From Gemmatimonadales bacterium (lineage in GTDB: Bacteria > Gemmatimonadota > Gemmatimonadetes > Gemmatimonadales > GWC2-71-9): a DNA stretch of 64,000 nt. Below are positions 27,950 to 38,993 of the stretch, piece after piece; within the stretch, counting starts at the first letter, position 1, and each line of letters opens with the position of its first letter. Location: positions 128,001-192,000 of the forward strand of contig JBFGJG010000001.1 of NCBI GenBank assembly GCA_041577295.1. Direction: 5' to 3'. The notes beneath the pieces were generated by a model. The model saw only the letters and a list, made by a program, of their open reading frames with translations. It was not told the origin of the DNA and did no database searches. Both the position numbers and the translations under genes were made by a program.

Positions 27950-29220
27950 GTTTTCCCCGTGCGCGGGCCACGCCTCAAGCGGCGCAGCAACCCCTGCGTT
28001 GAGTTGCACCAGTCACACCCATGGCACCGCACGCCCTGCTCACCGAGGTAGCTCAACAGCAGCCGGCGACGGCACCGGGCCGCGGTCAAGTACGCGCGCA
28101 TCGTCTCGAGCCCCCGACCCGCCCCCTCACTCCCCATTCCTCCACTCGCGATTGCGCGCCGCGCCAGGCGTCCGGCGAGCCGCAGGTCGCCCTCGAGCCA
28201 GAACAGAGCACACTGTGCCAGCTGACCGTCACGCCCGGCGCGTCCCGCCTCCTGATAGTACGACTCGGGCCGTAGCGGGATGCCGAGGTGGACCACGAGG
28301 CGCACATCGGGACGGTCGATGCCCATACCAAATGCGCTTGTCGCGACGACGAAGCGGAGGCGACCATCGCGAAAGCGTGCGAGGATAGAACGGCGTGCTC
28401 TGCTAGGCAAACCCGCATGGTATGGCACGACCGGCAAATCCCACCGGCGGAGGAGCGCCGCTACACCGTCAGCCCGGTTGCGTGTCGGCACGTAGATGAT
28501 GGCCGCGCCGCCCCGCAAGGCCTCGAGCAGGCGGGAAACCTCCGTGATGCGCTCCAAATTGCTCGCAAAACGGCGAACCCAAAACCGCAAGTTGGGACGG
28601 TCGAACGACTGCACAATCGTAACTGGACGACGCAATCGCAGGACCCGGGCGATGTCCGTCCGGGTAGCAGGGCTCGCTGTGGCGGTCAAGGCCATCGTGG
28701 GCGGCCGACCCAGCAGCTCCAGCGTGCGCCCGATCGCACGATATGGCGGTCGAAACTGATGACCCCACTCGCTTATGCAATGGGCCTCATCTACCGCAAC
28801 TAGCGAAATGGGCATGCCGCGGAGCTCGTCGGTTGCCGAGCGGAGACGCTCGGGAGAGATGTAGAGCAGCTTGAGCTGTCCGGTGCGCGTCGCCCTCCAA
28901 ACGTGTTGTTGGATCTGCCGGCGTTGCGTGCTCGCGAGGTAAGCTGCCGCAATGTTTCGTGCGTGGAGAGCAGCCACTTGGTCCTGCATGAGCGAGATCA
29001 ACGGCGAGACGACGATCGTGACGCCACGCATGAGGAGGGACGGAATCTGATAACAGAGCGACTTTCCGCCCCCGGTCGGCAAGACGGCAAGACAGTCTCG
29101 TGAATGCAGCGCAGCGAGGATTGCCCGACGTTGATGATGCCGGAAGTCCCGGTGCTGCCAAACCCCTCGAAGCAGCGATCGAGCCGCTGTGAGCTGCGCG
29201 TTCCGGTTCTCTCGAATCAC
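27946..29220 (-). CDS. RecQ family ATP-dependent DNA helicase (short; no winged-helix/HRDC)
   Basis: PTGGGKS, DEAHCISEWGH.FRP, LTATA, FGMGID, QEAGRAGRDG, C-terminal Cys zinc site. Confidence 0.93.
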   Translation of the reverse strand: MIRENRNAQLTAARSLLRGVWQHRDFRHHQRRAILAALHSRDCLAVLPTGGGKSLCYQIPSLLMRGVTIVVSPLISLMQDQVAALHARNIAAAYLASTQRRQIQQHVWRATRTGQLKLLYISPERLRSATDELRGMPISLVAVDEAHCISEWGHQFRPPYRAIGRTLELLGRPPTMALTATASPATRTDIARVLRLRRPVTIVQSFDRPNLRFWVRRFASNLERITEVSRLLEALRGGAAIIYVPTRNRADGVAALLRRWDLPVVPYHAGLPSRARRSILARFRDGRLRFVVATSAFGMGIDRPDVRLVVHLGIPLRPESYYQEAGRAGRDGQLAQCALFWLEGDLRLAGRLARRAIASGGMGSEGAGRGLETMRAYLTAARCRRRLLLSYLGEQGVRCHGCDWCNSTQGLLRRLRRGPRTGKT

Positions 29221-29304
29221 ACTCGAGGGATAGCGGTGATTGGGGTGCGTGTGCGTACCAAACGCACTCGCCTTGGGGAGAATCTTCGCGGAAGGAGGTG
29301 AACC

Positions 29305-30246
29305 CTAATACACCTCGAGATCCCGTCCAAACACCACGTCACCATCCCACTCTGCCCGGACCTCCTCTACGAGCTCCTCGGGACCCGTACCCCACAACAG
29401 CTGATGGTAGAGCACGAGCAGCCCCGGTCGCGCCCGTTGCGCGAGGGCTGCTAGCTCACGGGTGGACGTATGGGCGCTGGCGTGATAACGCTGCCACTCC
29501 GGTGCACGCCGCTGAAAGCTGACCTCCGAGTACACCTCGTGAGCGAGCACGTCGCACCCATCGCAGTGCGTGACGATGGTCTCGCTTGGGGCCGCATCTC
29601 CTGAAATGACGATCGATCGATCGCTCGCCTCAAACCGATATCCAACCGCACTCGGCCACGTTGCATGACGCACCGGAAACGCCGTGACCCGCACACGCTC
29701 GTCCTCGAACACCAATCCCGAGTCGATGTCGGTCGCCCTCACGCGGTATCCTTGGTGATTCGTGGGTTCGAGACCGTCCGTCCGAACGCGGATGTCCGCC
29801 GCGTACGCCTGAAGCAGGTGCTCCACCATCTCGCGCGTGCCTCTGGGCCCGTAAACCTGGAGCGGTCGGTCGCGACCGAGTACCCACGGCGTAAAGATGA
29901 GATCCGGTAGTCCTACGGTGTGATCGCTGTGAAGGTGGGTCAGGAAGACGATGTCGAGATCCGGAATCCGAAACGGCCCCAGCCCCTGCTGGTAGGCCGC
30001 GTTGGCCCGGCGCACGATGCCCGGGCCCGCATCCACCAGATAGGCACGAGTGCCAGCCGTAACGGCCAGCGCCGTCCCAGAACGGTCGGGCTCCGCGTTC
30101 GGAGTGCCCGTCCCCAACAGCACGAGCTTGGTGCCCGCGCCGCGTTCGGCTGCCGCAGGTTGATCAGCGGTGTCGTCACCTCCCCCACACGCCACGCAGA
30201 AGGTGAAGACAGCTGCTAAGAATGGTCTCGGCCGCAACCCACTCAC
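29305..30246 (-). CDS. MBL-fold metallo-hydrolase (RNase Z/arylsulfatase-like), predicted lipoprotein
   Basis: LLGTGTP, THLHSDH, SGD, HE, HTS motifs; signal peptide ending CVAC. Confidence 0.85.
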   Translation of the reverse strand: MSGLRPRPFLAAVFTFCVACGGGDDTADQPAAAERGAGTKLVLLGTGTPNAEPDRSGTALAVTAGTRAYLVDAGPGIVRRANAAYQQGLGPFRIPDLDIVFLTHLHSDHTVGLPDLIFTPWVLGRDRPLQVYGPRGTREMVEHLLQAYAADIRVRTDGLEPTNHQGYRVRATDIDSGLVFEDERVRVTAFPVRHATWPSAVGYRFEASDRSIVISGDAAPSETIVTHCDGCDVLAHEVYSEVSFQRRAPEWQRYHASAHTSTRELAALAQRARPGLLVLYHQLLWGTGPEELVEEVRAEWDGDVVFGRDLEVY

Positions 30247-31004
30247 TTCTCGAAGAATTGCTTGACCGCGCGCTCGAAGTCCGGCGTCGCGCGTGCGAGC
30301 GCGTTCACCTCCGCTCCAAGCGCAATGGCATCCGTGAAGCTCCGTCCATCGATCTCGTAGAGCTGGCGCTTGATAAACGCGAGTGCCGACGGGCTCGAGT
30401 CGGCGAGTTGTTGAATGAGACTCGCCACGTCCTGTTCGAACCGCTCCGCGGTCGACATCCGCGACACCAGGCCGATGGCCAGCGCCTCGGCGGCCTGCAA
30501 TAGCCGTCCCGTGGCCACCAGATCGAACGCTACCCGTTCTCCAACAGCCCGACGCAGCATGGCCATCACCATTGCAGGCACAAAGCCCCGCGACACCTCT
30601 GGATAGCCGAAAACGCTATCTGCGTGCGCGTGGATCAGGTCGCATGCGGACGCCAAACCGCAGCCTCCGGCGAGCGCACGGCCGTGCACCGCTGCCACAA
30701 CCGGCTTGGGCAGTTGCCGCATTCGTACGAACACCTCTCCGAGGTGCGCGGCGTGCGCAGCATTTTCCTGAGGCGTGTTCCCCACGGAATCGAGCAACTC
30801 CTGGAGATCGGCTCCTGCGCAAAAGTCTTTGCCAGCGCCGCGGATGACGACGACGCGCACGTCCGCATCGACGTCGGCTGTTTCCAATCCAGTAATGAGC
30901 CCGTCGACCATCGGGCGGTCCATCGCATTGCGCTTTTCCGGCCGGTTGAGTGTTAGCGTGAGCACCCCGTTCGCGATAGCGGTCACGACCCGCTCAGCGG
31001 ACAC
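30243..31004 (-). CDS. Enoyl-CoA hydratase (methylglutaconyl-CoA hydratase-like)
   Basis: LNRPEKRNA, FCAGAD, AGGCGLA, YPEV..GFVPA; GTG start with GGAGG. Confidence 0.85.
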   Translation of the reverse strand: MSAERVVTAIANGVLTLTLNRPEKRNAMDRPMVDGLITGLETADVDADVRVVVIRGAGKDFCAGADLQELLDSVGNTPQENAAHAAHLGEVFVRMRQLPKPVVAAVHGRALAGGCGLASACDLIHAHADSVFGYPEVSRGFVPAMVMAMLRRAVGERVAFDLVATGRLLQAAEALAIGLVSRMSTAERFEQDVASLIQQLADSSPSALAFIKRQLYEIDGRSFTDAIALGAEVNALARATPDFERAVKQFFEK

Positions 31005-31359
31005 GGAGACCTCCGGGAACCCTGATTTCCATGCGAAGGAGTGCGGTTGAAAGGACCTTTCCTTGCGCATCGGTCTTGAGGGAGATCGTTCCCCCCCCAC
31101 CGAGCGCGCCGTGTAACAGGAAGTTCAGGGCGTGCAGGTTTGGAAGCTCGAAACGCTCCACTGGTCCTTTGATCACGCCACGGAAGTGCCGGGCAACGCG
31201 GGCCGCCGTGACCTCCTTGGCGAGCACGGGATAGTACTCTGGTCGCAAGGCAATCAACCCAACGTTGGCCGCGTCACCTTTGTCTCCACTGCGGGCATGC
31301 GCGAGATCCAGCAGCCGCACCAGGCGCGTGGCGACGCGTTTTGCTCCCTTCTTACCCAT
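30994..31359 (-). CDS. AtuA C-terminal-domain protein (stand-alone)
   Basis: AHARSGDKGD..NVG, LGGGG..SL..DAQGK. Confidence 0.85.
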   Translation of the reverse strand: MGKKGAKRVATRLVRLLDLAHARSGDKGDAANVGLIALRPEYYPVLAKEVTAARVARHFRGVIKGPVERFELPNLHALNFLLHGALGGGGTISLKTDAQGKVLSTALLRMEIRVPGGLRVR

Positions 31360-31364
31360 GTGGC

Positions 31365-32741
31365 TCAGGCCTCCAGGATCGACACCCGTGGGTGGATCTC
31401 CGTCTTCGGAATGAGCGCCGGCCAGTAGGCTACAATCTCTTCCACCTTTGGCCGCCCGCTGGCGAATCCGGTGACGCTCGGCGGACCGTTGAGGATCAGC
31501 GGGGCGATCTCCCGGGTGAAACGCTCAACCGGTGTCCGGTCCCTCGCCCGAACCCCGATCCGCAGCTGGACCTCCGCCAGTTCCGGTGTCGGCTCTGGCG
31601 CGAGTCGGCCGTGCGTTGCGTTTGCACCAACGAACTCCGTCAGCGTCTCCTCGAATTCGAGGCCCAGCCGTCTCAAACGCTCCCGGAGAATTCTGTCGGC
31701 TTTCTTGGCCTTCTTCAGCGCGTCCGGCCACGCGTAGACGAGCGTGCCCACCGCCTTGTAGCCATAGTGGTAAGACAGAGAAACCTTGAGCGAGTCGGTG
31801 GCTTCCCGACCCTTCACCCCGGAGACGCCGACACGGTCTCTCCCGACCTGCGCAAGCTGAATGGTCGTGAAGTCCGCCACACAGTCCGGTGTGATGTAAT
31901 TACGAGGATCGCCCATCTCATAGACGAGTTGTTCGGTGACGCTCGCCACTGTGACGCGCCCACCGGTCTTTGCGTGCTTCGTGACCACGAAGGTGCCATC
32001 TCGCTGCGCTTCGATGATGGGATACCCCGGATCTTCCATCCCAGGAAGCGACTGCCATCCCACGAGACAGTTGCCACCGGTGCACTGCGCCCCACATTCG
32101 ATGATGTGTCCGGCAACCGTTCCGGCGGCAAGGCGATCCCACTGGTTCCGTCGCCAACCAAAGGCATGGATCATCGGGCCCAACGTGAGTCCCGTATCCG
32201 TCACGCGCCCCGTGATGACCACGTTAGCGTCCCGCTCTAGCGCCTCCACCACAGGCCAGGCACCAAGGTAGGCGTTGGCCGACTCTACCTTATCACGCAC
32301 GGTGGAGAGGGGCTCACCGGTGTCGAGGTTGTTCAGTGCGTGCCCGCTGGCGAGCAGCTCATCGAGCCGATCCAGCATGTCATCGCCCTCGACGATGCCG
32401 ATCTTCACTTTGCCGTGCAATCCAAGGTTTCGCGCCTGTTCCGCAACGGCTGCGGCACACGCCTGCGGATTGACCCCCCCTGCGTTCGCCGTGACGCGGA
32501 TACCGCGCTCGACCAGGGCGGGAAGCAGCTTCCGCATGAGCGGCACGAAGTCTTTGGCGTAGCCGAGATTGGGATCGCGCCGTCGCTGCTTCTGCATGAT
32601 GGACATGGTCACCTCGGCCAGGTAATCCATCATGAGATAATCGATCGGACCGCCCTCGACCTGCCGCAAAGGTGCCTCGAGCCAGTCACCCCAGAACCCC
32701 TGGCCTGACGCGATACGGACCAACGTACCGTCAGTCATCAA
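31365..32741 (-). CDS. AtuA family protein (DUF1446, acyclic terpene utilisation)
   Basis: [46 protein letters not shown]. Confidence 0.9.
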   Translation of the reverse strand: MMTDGTLVRIASGQGFWGDWLEAPLRQVEGGPIDYLMMDYLAEVTMSIMQKQRRRDPNLGYAKDFVPLMRKLLPALVERGIRVTANAGGVNPQACAAAVAEQARNLGLHGKVKIGIVEGDDMLDRLDELLASGHALNNLDTGEPLSTVRDKVESANAYLGAWPVVEALERDANVVITGRVTDTGLTLGPMIHAFGWRRNQWDRLAAGTVAGHIIECGAQCTGGNCLVGWQSLPGMEDPGYPIIEAQRDGTFVVTKHAKTGGRVTVASVTEQLVYEMGDPRNYITPDCVADFTTIQLAQVGRDRVGVSGVKGREATDSLKVSLSYHYGYKAVGTLVYAWPDALKKAKKADRILRERLRRLGLEFEETLTEFVGANATHGRLAPEPTPELAEVQLRIGVRARDRTPVERFTREIAPLILNGPPSVTGFASGRPKVEEIVAYWPALIPKTEIHPRVSILEA

Positions 32742-32768
32742 TCTCCAGGCGGTGCGGCAGCGGGCTCG

Positions 32769-35645
32769 TCAGGGTGTCTCGAGCGCTGGTTCGGGCAGCT
32801 TCGAGGCGCCCCGGCGTACCGAGGACCCGCCATTCGAAAGGGTCGCACGGACCTCGATTAGTGGATCAAAGCCCTCGGGGATTGGCACGGGCGCTGCTTC
32901 TGACGGGATGGCCACGGCCCGCGCTTCGTAGGGGGACAGCTCCACCACGGATTCCGCCATCGTGGAGTCCTGATGGAGCGCTCTCTGCGTGGCGAGTTCG
33001 AAGATGATGCGAATCTCGGCGTCCCAAGTTTCGGGAGCCTCGAGGTGTGCGAAGCCCGGAAGCAACTCCAGGTCGATCCATCCACCTACTCTCGACGAGT
33101 CGAGTTCCACGCGGTGGCGACCGAAGGCGTAGTTGAGCGGAGAATCGCTCACCTTGCGACCCGTCGAATCGAACACCGTGACCCCAAAGTCCGTCAGCTG
33201 ATGCCAGAGTGGCGGCGGAACAGCCACATCCACCACCAATCGGCTCGCCCACCTGGGCGGCGCCAACCGGACGACGACCGGCCCGGATCTCTTGCCTGTG
33301 ACCCGTTTCGTTTGCACGGCGCCAACGAGGTCAGCTTCGACGCGCATTGCCCGCGAGGACGCGGTGGGATTTTGCACCACGACGCGTGGCCCCGAGTCGA
33401 TCGTGGCGATGACGACCTCCGGCAGGCGCGCCGTGAGCGAATACCGCACACCCCCGGTAGGGGGAGCAACCACCACCGCCTCGTACACACCGGACACGAG
33501 ATCGTCGGTCGACACGCGCAGGGTCACTATATGGCTACCCTCGTCCCCTGCGGTGATGCTGCTCTGATCGCGGAACGGCTGGCCCGATGGCTCGTACAGG
33601 TACAGGGTGGCTTCCCCGGTGCCACGGATTTCCAGCGTGACCTCGAAGCCCCCTCGCTCGGACGGAACGGACAGAAAGAATCGGGACAGCTCGCCAGGTG
33701 CCAAGCTGCCCGAGGTTTCGAATCCTTCTTCGATGGCATGAGGAACCACGACGCTATTCACGAGCGCCAGCGACGGACCAGCGATCGTATCCGTTGCCGG
33801 GGAGGCCCAGACGGTTCCGACATAGAGACCCGGATCCTGGAGCCGCAACGCGTCGTAGCGAACCGTGACGGTCTCCGGCCGTCCTTCGAGATCGATACTC
33901 GAAGGCACCCGGAGCCATGGCGCGTCAGGCTCGAGGAGAAGGCGGGCAGCGGGTTGCCCTCCGACGGAGCGGATCACGAAGCGCTGCAGCGTGTCCGCGC
34001 TCGACCGAAGACCCGTTCGGCGAAATGCTGCGGGTCGCTCGTCGGTATCCTCACCCAAAGCACGAACCTCGTAGATGCCCGTCTGATGCGCCGCGAGGAG
34101 CCAGCGATAGGCGCGCAGGACGTCTACTACGCCTGCGCCGGCGTCGAGGACCGTAGCACCCGAGATCGGCTTGGCCGTTGCCATCATGGCGCGCTTGAGA
34201 TCCACCGCTCGGATCGTGCGTCCCTGCTGCTTCATCGCGGACAACAGGAGCGCTCCGACTCCACTCACGTGGGGCGCCGCCATGCTCGTCCCACCCGAAA
34301 CCTCCTCGCCCACCCGCCACTGTGGGACGCTGGAAAAAGCGACCCCGGGCGCACACACGTCGGGCTTGGCCACCTCTCCTCCTCGACCGCTCCACCACCC
34401 GAGGATATCGGGCGCGGGGGCGACACCGCTCTGTGGCGGCCGCGCGAACACCCCGGGGAAGAGCGCACAGACCGATAGCGCGCGCTCCGCCGAGCCGGGA
34501 AACCCTACCGTCGACAGCCCGGGACCGTCGTTTCCGGCGCTGATAACGACGAGGACATCCGGATGCTTCAGGGCGAACTCGTCGATCACCGAGTCAATCG
34601 CTGCAGCTCCCTCTTGCTCATTGCCAACGCCAAAGCTGAGGTTGATTACGAGCGGCAGTCCTCGCTGTTCAGCAAACACCGCCGCGTAGTTCAGCGCGCG
34701 GAGCATGCTGCCCGTCATCGAAATACCGCCTCTCGTGTTATTGGAAATCTTGAGACCCAGCAGCCACGCCCCGGGGGCAACACCATCGAACCCCTGCACC
34801 CCGAAGAGATTGTGGCCCGCGGCGATACCCGCGACATGCGTACCGTGGCTGGAGTTGTCGAGAAACAGGTCGAGGAGCGGCTGTCCCCCGTACTCAACGA
34901 GGTTCGCCGCGACGGTGATGGGGCCCTTCATTCTGGGATCACTGCGGAACGTGAGCACTTCGCCTGCCACTGCGAAGTCGCGGACATGCGGCTCTCCGGC
35001 GAGCGAGCCGTCACCATCTGTATCGGCGAAGAGCACCCAGCCCGCGGTCGACCTGGCCACGAGGAGCGGAAGCTCATCGGTCACGCGCCCGTTGCCGTTG
35101 ATGTCCCCCTCAGGCGCGGTACCGAGCGTGATCTCTCGGAAGACGCCGCCGTAAAAGGGTGGGGTCGCAACACGGGCAACGCGTCCGAAGCCTTGGAGGC
35201 GGTGGCGTCCGATCGTGATGGTGCCATCGGAAGCGGGTCGCACCAGTGTCAAGGGAACACGTCCCTCTCCCGAGAAATCGCGCAGGTCGAGGATCTTGCG
35301 GTCACCGGTGGTGGTCTCGCCAAGGCCGAGGACGCCCGCATCGATGCCGCTATCCAGAATGGCAATGACGACTCCACGGCCGTCGTAATTCGGTCGTGCC
35401 ACTCGAAACGTGTCTGCCCCGCTGCTCCGTAGCGGCATCAGACCGGCCAGCATGGCCAGCTGTGGAGGCAGCACCGGTTCGCGCGGAGGTGGTGGCGTGA
35501 TGGCGCGAGGCTCCTCGGGCGGGGCGTCGGCAAGCGTTGCGTCCGCGCGGCTCGGCTCCGGCGTGGGAGTGGGCGCGGGACCGCTGGCGCATGCCGCAGA
35601 CACAGACACAAACGTCACGAGCAGCCAAGCGCGGGTTCCGATCAT
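32769..35645 (-). CDS. S8 family serine peptidase, tripeptidyl-peptidase II-like, predicted lipoprotein
   Basis: DGRGVVIAILDSG, HGTHVAGI, SAGNDGP, GTSMAAPHV; lipobox-like SAAC. Confidence 0.88.
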   Translation of the reverse strand: MIGTRAWLLVTFVSVSAACASGPAPTPTPEPSRADATLADAPPEEPRAITPPPPREPVLPPQLAMLAGLMPLRSSGADTFRVARPNYDGRGVVIAILDSGIDAGVLGLGETTTGDRKILDLRDFSGEGRVPLTLVRPASDGTITIGRHRLQGFGRVARVATPPFYGGVFREITLGTAPEGDINGNGRVTDELPLLVARSTAGWVLFADTDGDGSLAGEPHVRDFAVAGEVLTFRSDPRMKGPITVAANLVEYGGQPLLDLFLDNSSHGTHVAGIAAGHNLFGVQGFDGVAPGAWLLGLKISNNTRGGISMTGSMLRALNYAAVFAEQRGLPLVINLSFGVGNEQEGAAAIDSVIDEFALKHPDVLVVISAGNDGPGLSTVGFPGSAERALSVCALFPGVFARPPQSGVAPAPDILGWWSGRGGEVAKPDVCAPGVAFSSVPQWRVGEEVSGGTSMAAPHVSGVGALLLSAMKQQGRTIRAVDLKRAMMATAKPISGATVLDAGAGVVDVLRAYRWLLAAHQTGIYEVRALGEDTDERPAAFRRTGLRSSADTLQRFVIRSVGGQPAARLLLEPDAPWLRVPSSIDLEGRPETVTVRYDALRLQDPGLYVGTVWASPATDTIAGPSLALVNSVVVPHAIEEGFETSGSLAPGELSRFFLSVPSERGGFEVTLEIRGTGEATLYLYEPSGQPFRDQSSITAGDEGSHIVTLRVSTDDLVSGVYEAVVVAPPTGGVRYSLTARLPEVVIATIDSGPRVVVQNPTASSRAMRVEADLVGAVQTKRVTGKRSGPVVVRLAPPRWASRLVVDVAVPPPLWHQLTDFGVTVFDSTGRKVSDSPLNYAFGRHRVELDSSRVGGWIDLELLPGFAHLEAPETWDAEIRIIFELATQRALHQDSTMAESVVELSPYEARAVAIPSEAAPVPIPEGFDPLIEVRATLSNGGSSVRRGASKLPEPALETP

Positions 35646-37285
35646 GTGGAGGGCACCTCACGGGTGGGAAGCACGAATGGGCCGATATGGGGACCGCGGT
35701 AGTGTTGCACGACTTCGAGCGCAAACGTGAGCAACACCCGTGTGTCCTCTGGTGGCACGATGGCATCGACGAATCCGCGGGCGCCCGCGAACTTGGCGTC
35801 GAGCTGGTGCTCGTAATCCTCTCGCATTTTTTCGACAGCTTCCGCCGTCGCCTCGTCCTCCGCCCGATCACCGAACACGGCGCGCACCGCCGAGTCACCT
35901 TCCATCACCCCCATCCTCCCTGTGGGCCACGAGAGAATGAAGTCGGGATCGAATCCCTGTCCCGCCATGGCGTAATAGCCGGCGCCCGATGCGTGATTGA
36001 CCGTCAGCACTAGCTTCGGGACGACGGCGGTGGCCATCGCCTCGACGAACTGTGCCCCCGCCCTGATGATGCCCGAGTGTTCCGCTTCCGGACCAACCAT
36101 GAACCCGCTGACGTCCTGAATGAACAGCAGGGGAATCCCCTCGCGGTTGGCCGTGTCGATGAAGTACGCGACCTTCTCAGCACTTTCCGTGTACACGATG
36201 CCGCCGATTCGCGGTCGGGTTCCCACGGCGCCTTTGATCAACCCCCGTTGGTTCGCGATGATCGCTACGGAATGTCCCTCGATCAACGCATGGCCGCACA
36301 GCATTTCACGCGCCACATCAGGCTGAAACTCGTCGAGCTTTCCACCATCGATGATACACGCCAGGACGTCTTGCATGTCGTACGCCATTCGGTGGTCCGG
36401 CGGCAGGAGATCGTACAACTCCGCAGGCAACCGTACAGGTTGCGTGCTTGCGCTGCGCCCTGCCCTGACATTCGGGACCCGACCGGCTGGGAGGCGGGCG
36501 ACGTAGTCTCGAATCAGGGTGAGGCACGCCTCATCGTCGGCGGCACGATAATGCGCGACGCGGCTCGTCGTGGTGTGTGTGAGTGCGCCACCAAGCGTTT
36601 CCGCGTCCACCCGTTGTCCGGTCGCACCCTGCACCAGGTTGGGCCCCCCCAATCCCATGAAGGAAGTTCCCTCCACCATGAAAATCACGTCAGACAGCGC
36701 AGGCAAATACGCCCCTCCAGCGACACAGGGACCCATGACGGCACTGACCTGCGGCACGTGGAGGTAGTGGCGCATGATGGAGTTGTAGTAGAAGATGCGC
36801 GCCGCCCCATACTGTCCTGGGAAGACCCCTCCCTGATATGGGAGGTTCACACCGGCGGAATCCACCAGATAGACAATCGGGATCCGCTGACGCATCGCGA
36901 TCTCTTGCGCCCGGAGGATCTTCTTGATCGTTTCGGGCCACCACGACCCGGCTTTGACAGTCGCATCGTTGGCCACGACCACGCAGTGATGCTCCGCGAT
37001 GATGCCCACCCCCGTGATGACTCCCGCGCCCGGTGCCTGGCCCTCGTACTGATCGTGCGCGACGAGCAAGCCGACCTCGAGCCAGGGGGTATCCCGGTCG
37101 AGGAGGCGCCGGACCCGCTCACGGGCGGTGAGCTTTCCCTGCTCGTGCTGGCGCTGGATTTTGGCCTCGCCACCACCCAGCTCCAAGCGAGCCGCCAGCT
37201 CACGATATTCCTCGGTCAACTCTCGCAGGCGGTTGCGAGAGCCGGTGGCCGTTCCGCCACTCACTCGACGCGACCCGCGGCCCAC
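35642..37285 (-). CDS. Acyl-CoA carboxylase carboxyltransferase subunit (methylcrotonoyl/geranyl-CoA type)
   Basis: [41 protein letters not shown]. Confidence 0.9.
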   Translation of the reverse strand: MGRGSRRVSGGTATGSRNRLRELTEEYRELAARLELGGGEAKIQRQHEQGKLTARERVRRLLDRDTPWLEVGLLVAHDQYEGQAPGAGVITGVGIIAEHHCVVVANDATVKAGSWWPETIKKILRAQEIAMRQRIPIVYLVDSAGVNLPYQGGVFPGQYGAARIFYYNSIMRHYLHVPQVSAVMGPCVAGGAYLPALSDVIFMVEGTSFMGLGGPNLVQGATGQRVDAETLGGALTHTTTSRVAHYRAADDEACLTLIRDYVARLPAGRVPNVRAGRSASTQPVRLPAELYDLLPPDHRMAYDMQDVLACIIDGGKLDEFQPDVAREMLCGHALIEGHSVAIIANQRGLIKGAVGTRPRIGGIVYTESAEKVAYFIDTANREGIPLLFIQDVSGFMVGPEAEHSGIIRAGAQFVEAMATAVVPKLVLTVNHASGAGYYAMAGQGFDPDFILSWPTGRMGVMEGDSAVRAVFGDRAEDEATAEAVEKMREDYEHQLDAKFAGARGFVDAIVPPEDTRVLLTFALEVVQHYRGPHIGPFVLPTREVPST

Positions 37286-37701
37286 GTTCGGATGTATTCG
37301 ATGATCTCGGTGGTGGGTGTGCCTGGGGTGAAGATCTTCGCGACGCCCTGCTCCCCGAGCCGGTCGATATCGTCCTGTGGGATGATGCCGCCGCCGATGA
37401 GCAACACGTCACCGCGCCCGGCATCTGTCAGGAGGTCACGCACTCGTGGAAAGAGGGTCATGTGCGCACCCGAGAGAATCGACAGGCCCACGACGTCGAC
37501 ATCCTCCTGAACCGCGGCCGTGGCGATCATTTCCGGGGTCTGATGCAGTCCCGTGTAGATGACCTCCATCCCCGCGTCCCGCAGTGCGGCCGCGACGACT
37601 TTGGCGCCGCGATCATGGCCGTCGAGCCCGGGTTTGCCCACGAGAACGCGGATCGGTCGCACGGCCGATTGGCTGGCCTTCCGTTTCACCGCTGGATTCA
37701 T
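37261..37701 (-). CDS. Acyl-CoA mutase small cobalamin-binding subunit (IcmB-like)
   Basis: [29 protein letters not shown]. Confidence 0.93.
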   Translation of the reverse strand: MNPAVKRKASQSAVRPIRVLVGKPGLDGHDRGAKVVAAALRDAGMEVIYTGLHQTPEMIATAAVQEDVDVVGLSILSGAHMTLFPRVRDLLTDAGRGDVLLIGGGIIPQDDIDRLGEQGVAKIFTPGTPTTEIIEYIRTWAAGRVE

Positions 37702-37759
37702 TGTGCGCGCAACGTACCGTGGGGCGGAGTGGCGAACAAGCGGCTGCCATCCATGGGGG

Positions 37760-38959
37760 CTAGCGCGCTCTGAATCGCAGCAGTGCCGCGAGCCCGTCTA
37801 CGTCCGATCGGCCCGTTTCGTCTTCGACCACCTCGACGTGCCCCCCCAATCGCAGAGTGTCTTCGATGGCGTCGTCGATCACATCGGGGACCGCGTCGGG
37901 CGCACCCTCGCCATCGCACGCGTCCCGCACGCTCGTGAGCCGTCCAGACGTCGAACAGCGGAACCCGGAACGCTCGGCAGTGGGATCGACGAGCAGCGTA
38001 CGCACCTGTCCGTGCGACAGGGCGCGCAGGCTCGCTTCCACCCCGCTCACGGCCCACCCCCGACCGCGCGCTTCCCGCAGCTCCTCGATATACTTCGCCT
38101 CCCATTCTCGCTCCATGGTGCGACGCACGGCCAGGACAGACTCCATCACCTCTGCGGGGGAGGCGCTCTTGGGATTGAGGCGCGTCGCTCCCAAAACCTG
38201 GCGGGCGAGGTACGGGTGCAGGTGCGGACGGACGGCATCCGCGTCCGCCCCGGTCCCGGCGAGGACAATGCCGCGAACAGAGTTTCCGCGCGCCAAATCG
38301 AACAATCGTTGTGCGATCTGTGCGTAGTGACGATGCTTCTCCTCTTGGATTCGCTGATTGAAGTTGTGTTCCCCCGCGCCCGCCAACCCGGCGCCGGCGG
38401 AGTGTGCCGTGCGACCTCCGTGGAACCGCCCGGCGCGCGTCGTGTCACCTGCGGGCAGCCCCGTCAGCTCCTCAGCACCAAAGGCGGACACCTTGAAGAA
38501 CCTCGCGCTGGTGCGATCGTACACCGTGCAGAGAACCATGCCGAACTCGTCGTCGAGCGCTGCGAGCTCGCGGACGAGCGGTGTCCGATCTACCGCGAGC
38601 CGCGAACGCAAGACCCGAGGAAGCGGTAGGGCCGCGAACAGCTCCAACGGCTCCGCAGCGAACACCGCAATGCCCCGTCCGGGCGGCAGGTTCCCCGGAT
38701 GCTCCAGGTACTCGCGGACTCGGCGGAGGTCCCGCTCGACCGTCTCCCGAACCGCTCGGTCCACTCCGCGCTCGTCGAGCCACTCGAGCCGTTCCCGGAC
38801 GCGGTTCTTCAGCTTGATCAAGTATTTGCCACGGCTCCGGTCGCGCGGCTCGAGCTTGAGATAGCACGATACGAACCACTGCGCGTGCTCTGCTCCGAGT
38901 CGGGTCAGCCACTCAACAACAGGCCCTACAGACGTGGTCGCGGCGTCCATCCCGTCCAT
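37760..38959 (-). CDS. Bacterial archaeo-eukaryotic release factor (baeRF1) family protein
   Basis: eRF1-like three-domain layout: [27 protein letters not shown]-terminal V.TLLV...GLAALLRF. Confidence 0.8.
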   Translation of the reverse strand: MDGMDAATTSVGPVVEWLTRLGAEHAQWFVSCYLKLEPRDRSRGKYLIKLKNRVRERLEWLDERGVDRAVRETVERDLRRVREYLEHPGNLPPGRGIAVFAAEPLELFAALPLPRVLRSRLAVDRTPLVRELAALDDEFGMVLCTVYDRTSARFFKVSAFGAEELTGLPAGDTTRAGRFHGGRTAHSAGAGLAGAGEHNFNQRIQEEKHRHYAQIAQRLFDLARGNSVRGIVLAGTGADADAVRPHLHPYLARQVLGATRLNPKSASPAEVMESVLAVRRTMEREWEAKYIEELREARGRGWAVSGVEASLRALSHGQVRTLLVDPTAERSGFRCSTSGRLTSVRDACDGEGAPDAVPDVIDDAIEDTLRLGGHVEVVEDETGRSDVDGLAALLRFRAR

Positions 38960-38993
38960 TCGCAGATTTACCTCCCCGTCCGCGACGAAGACA

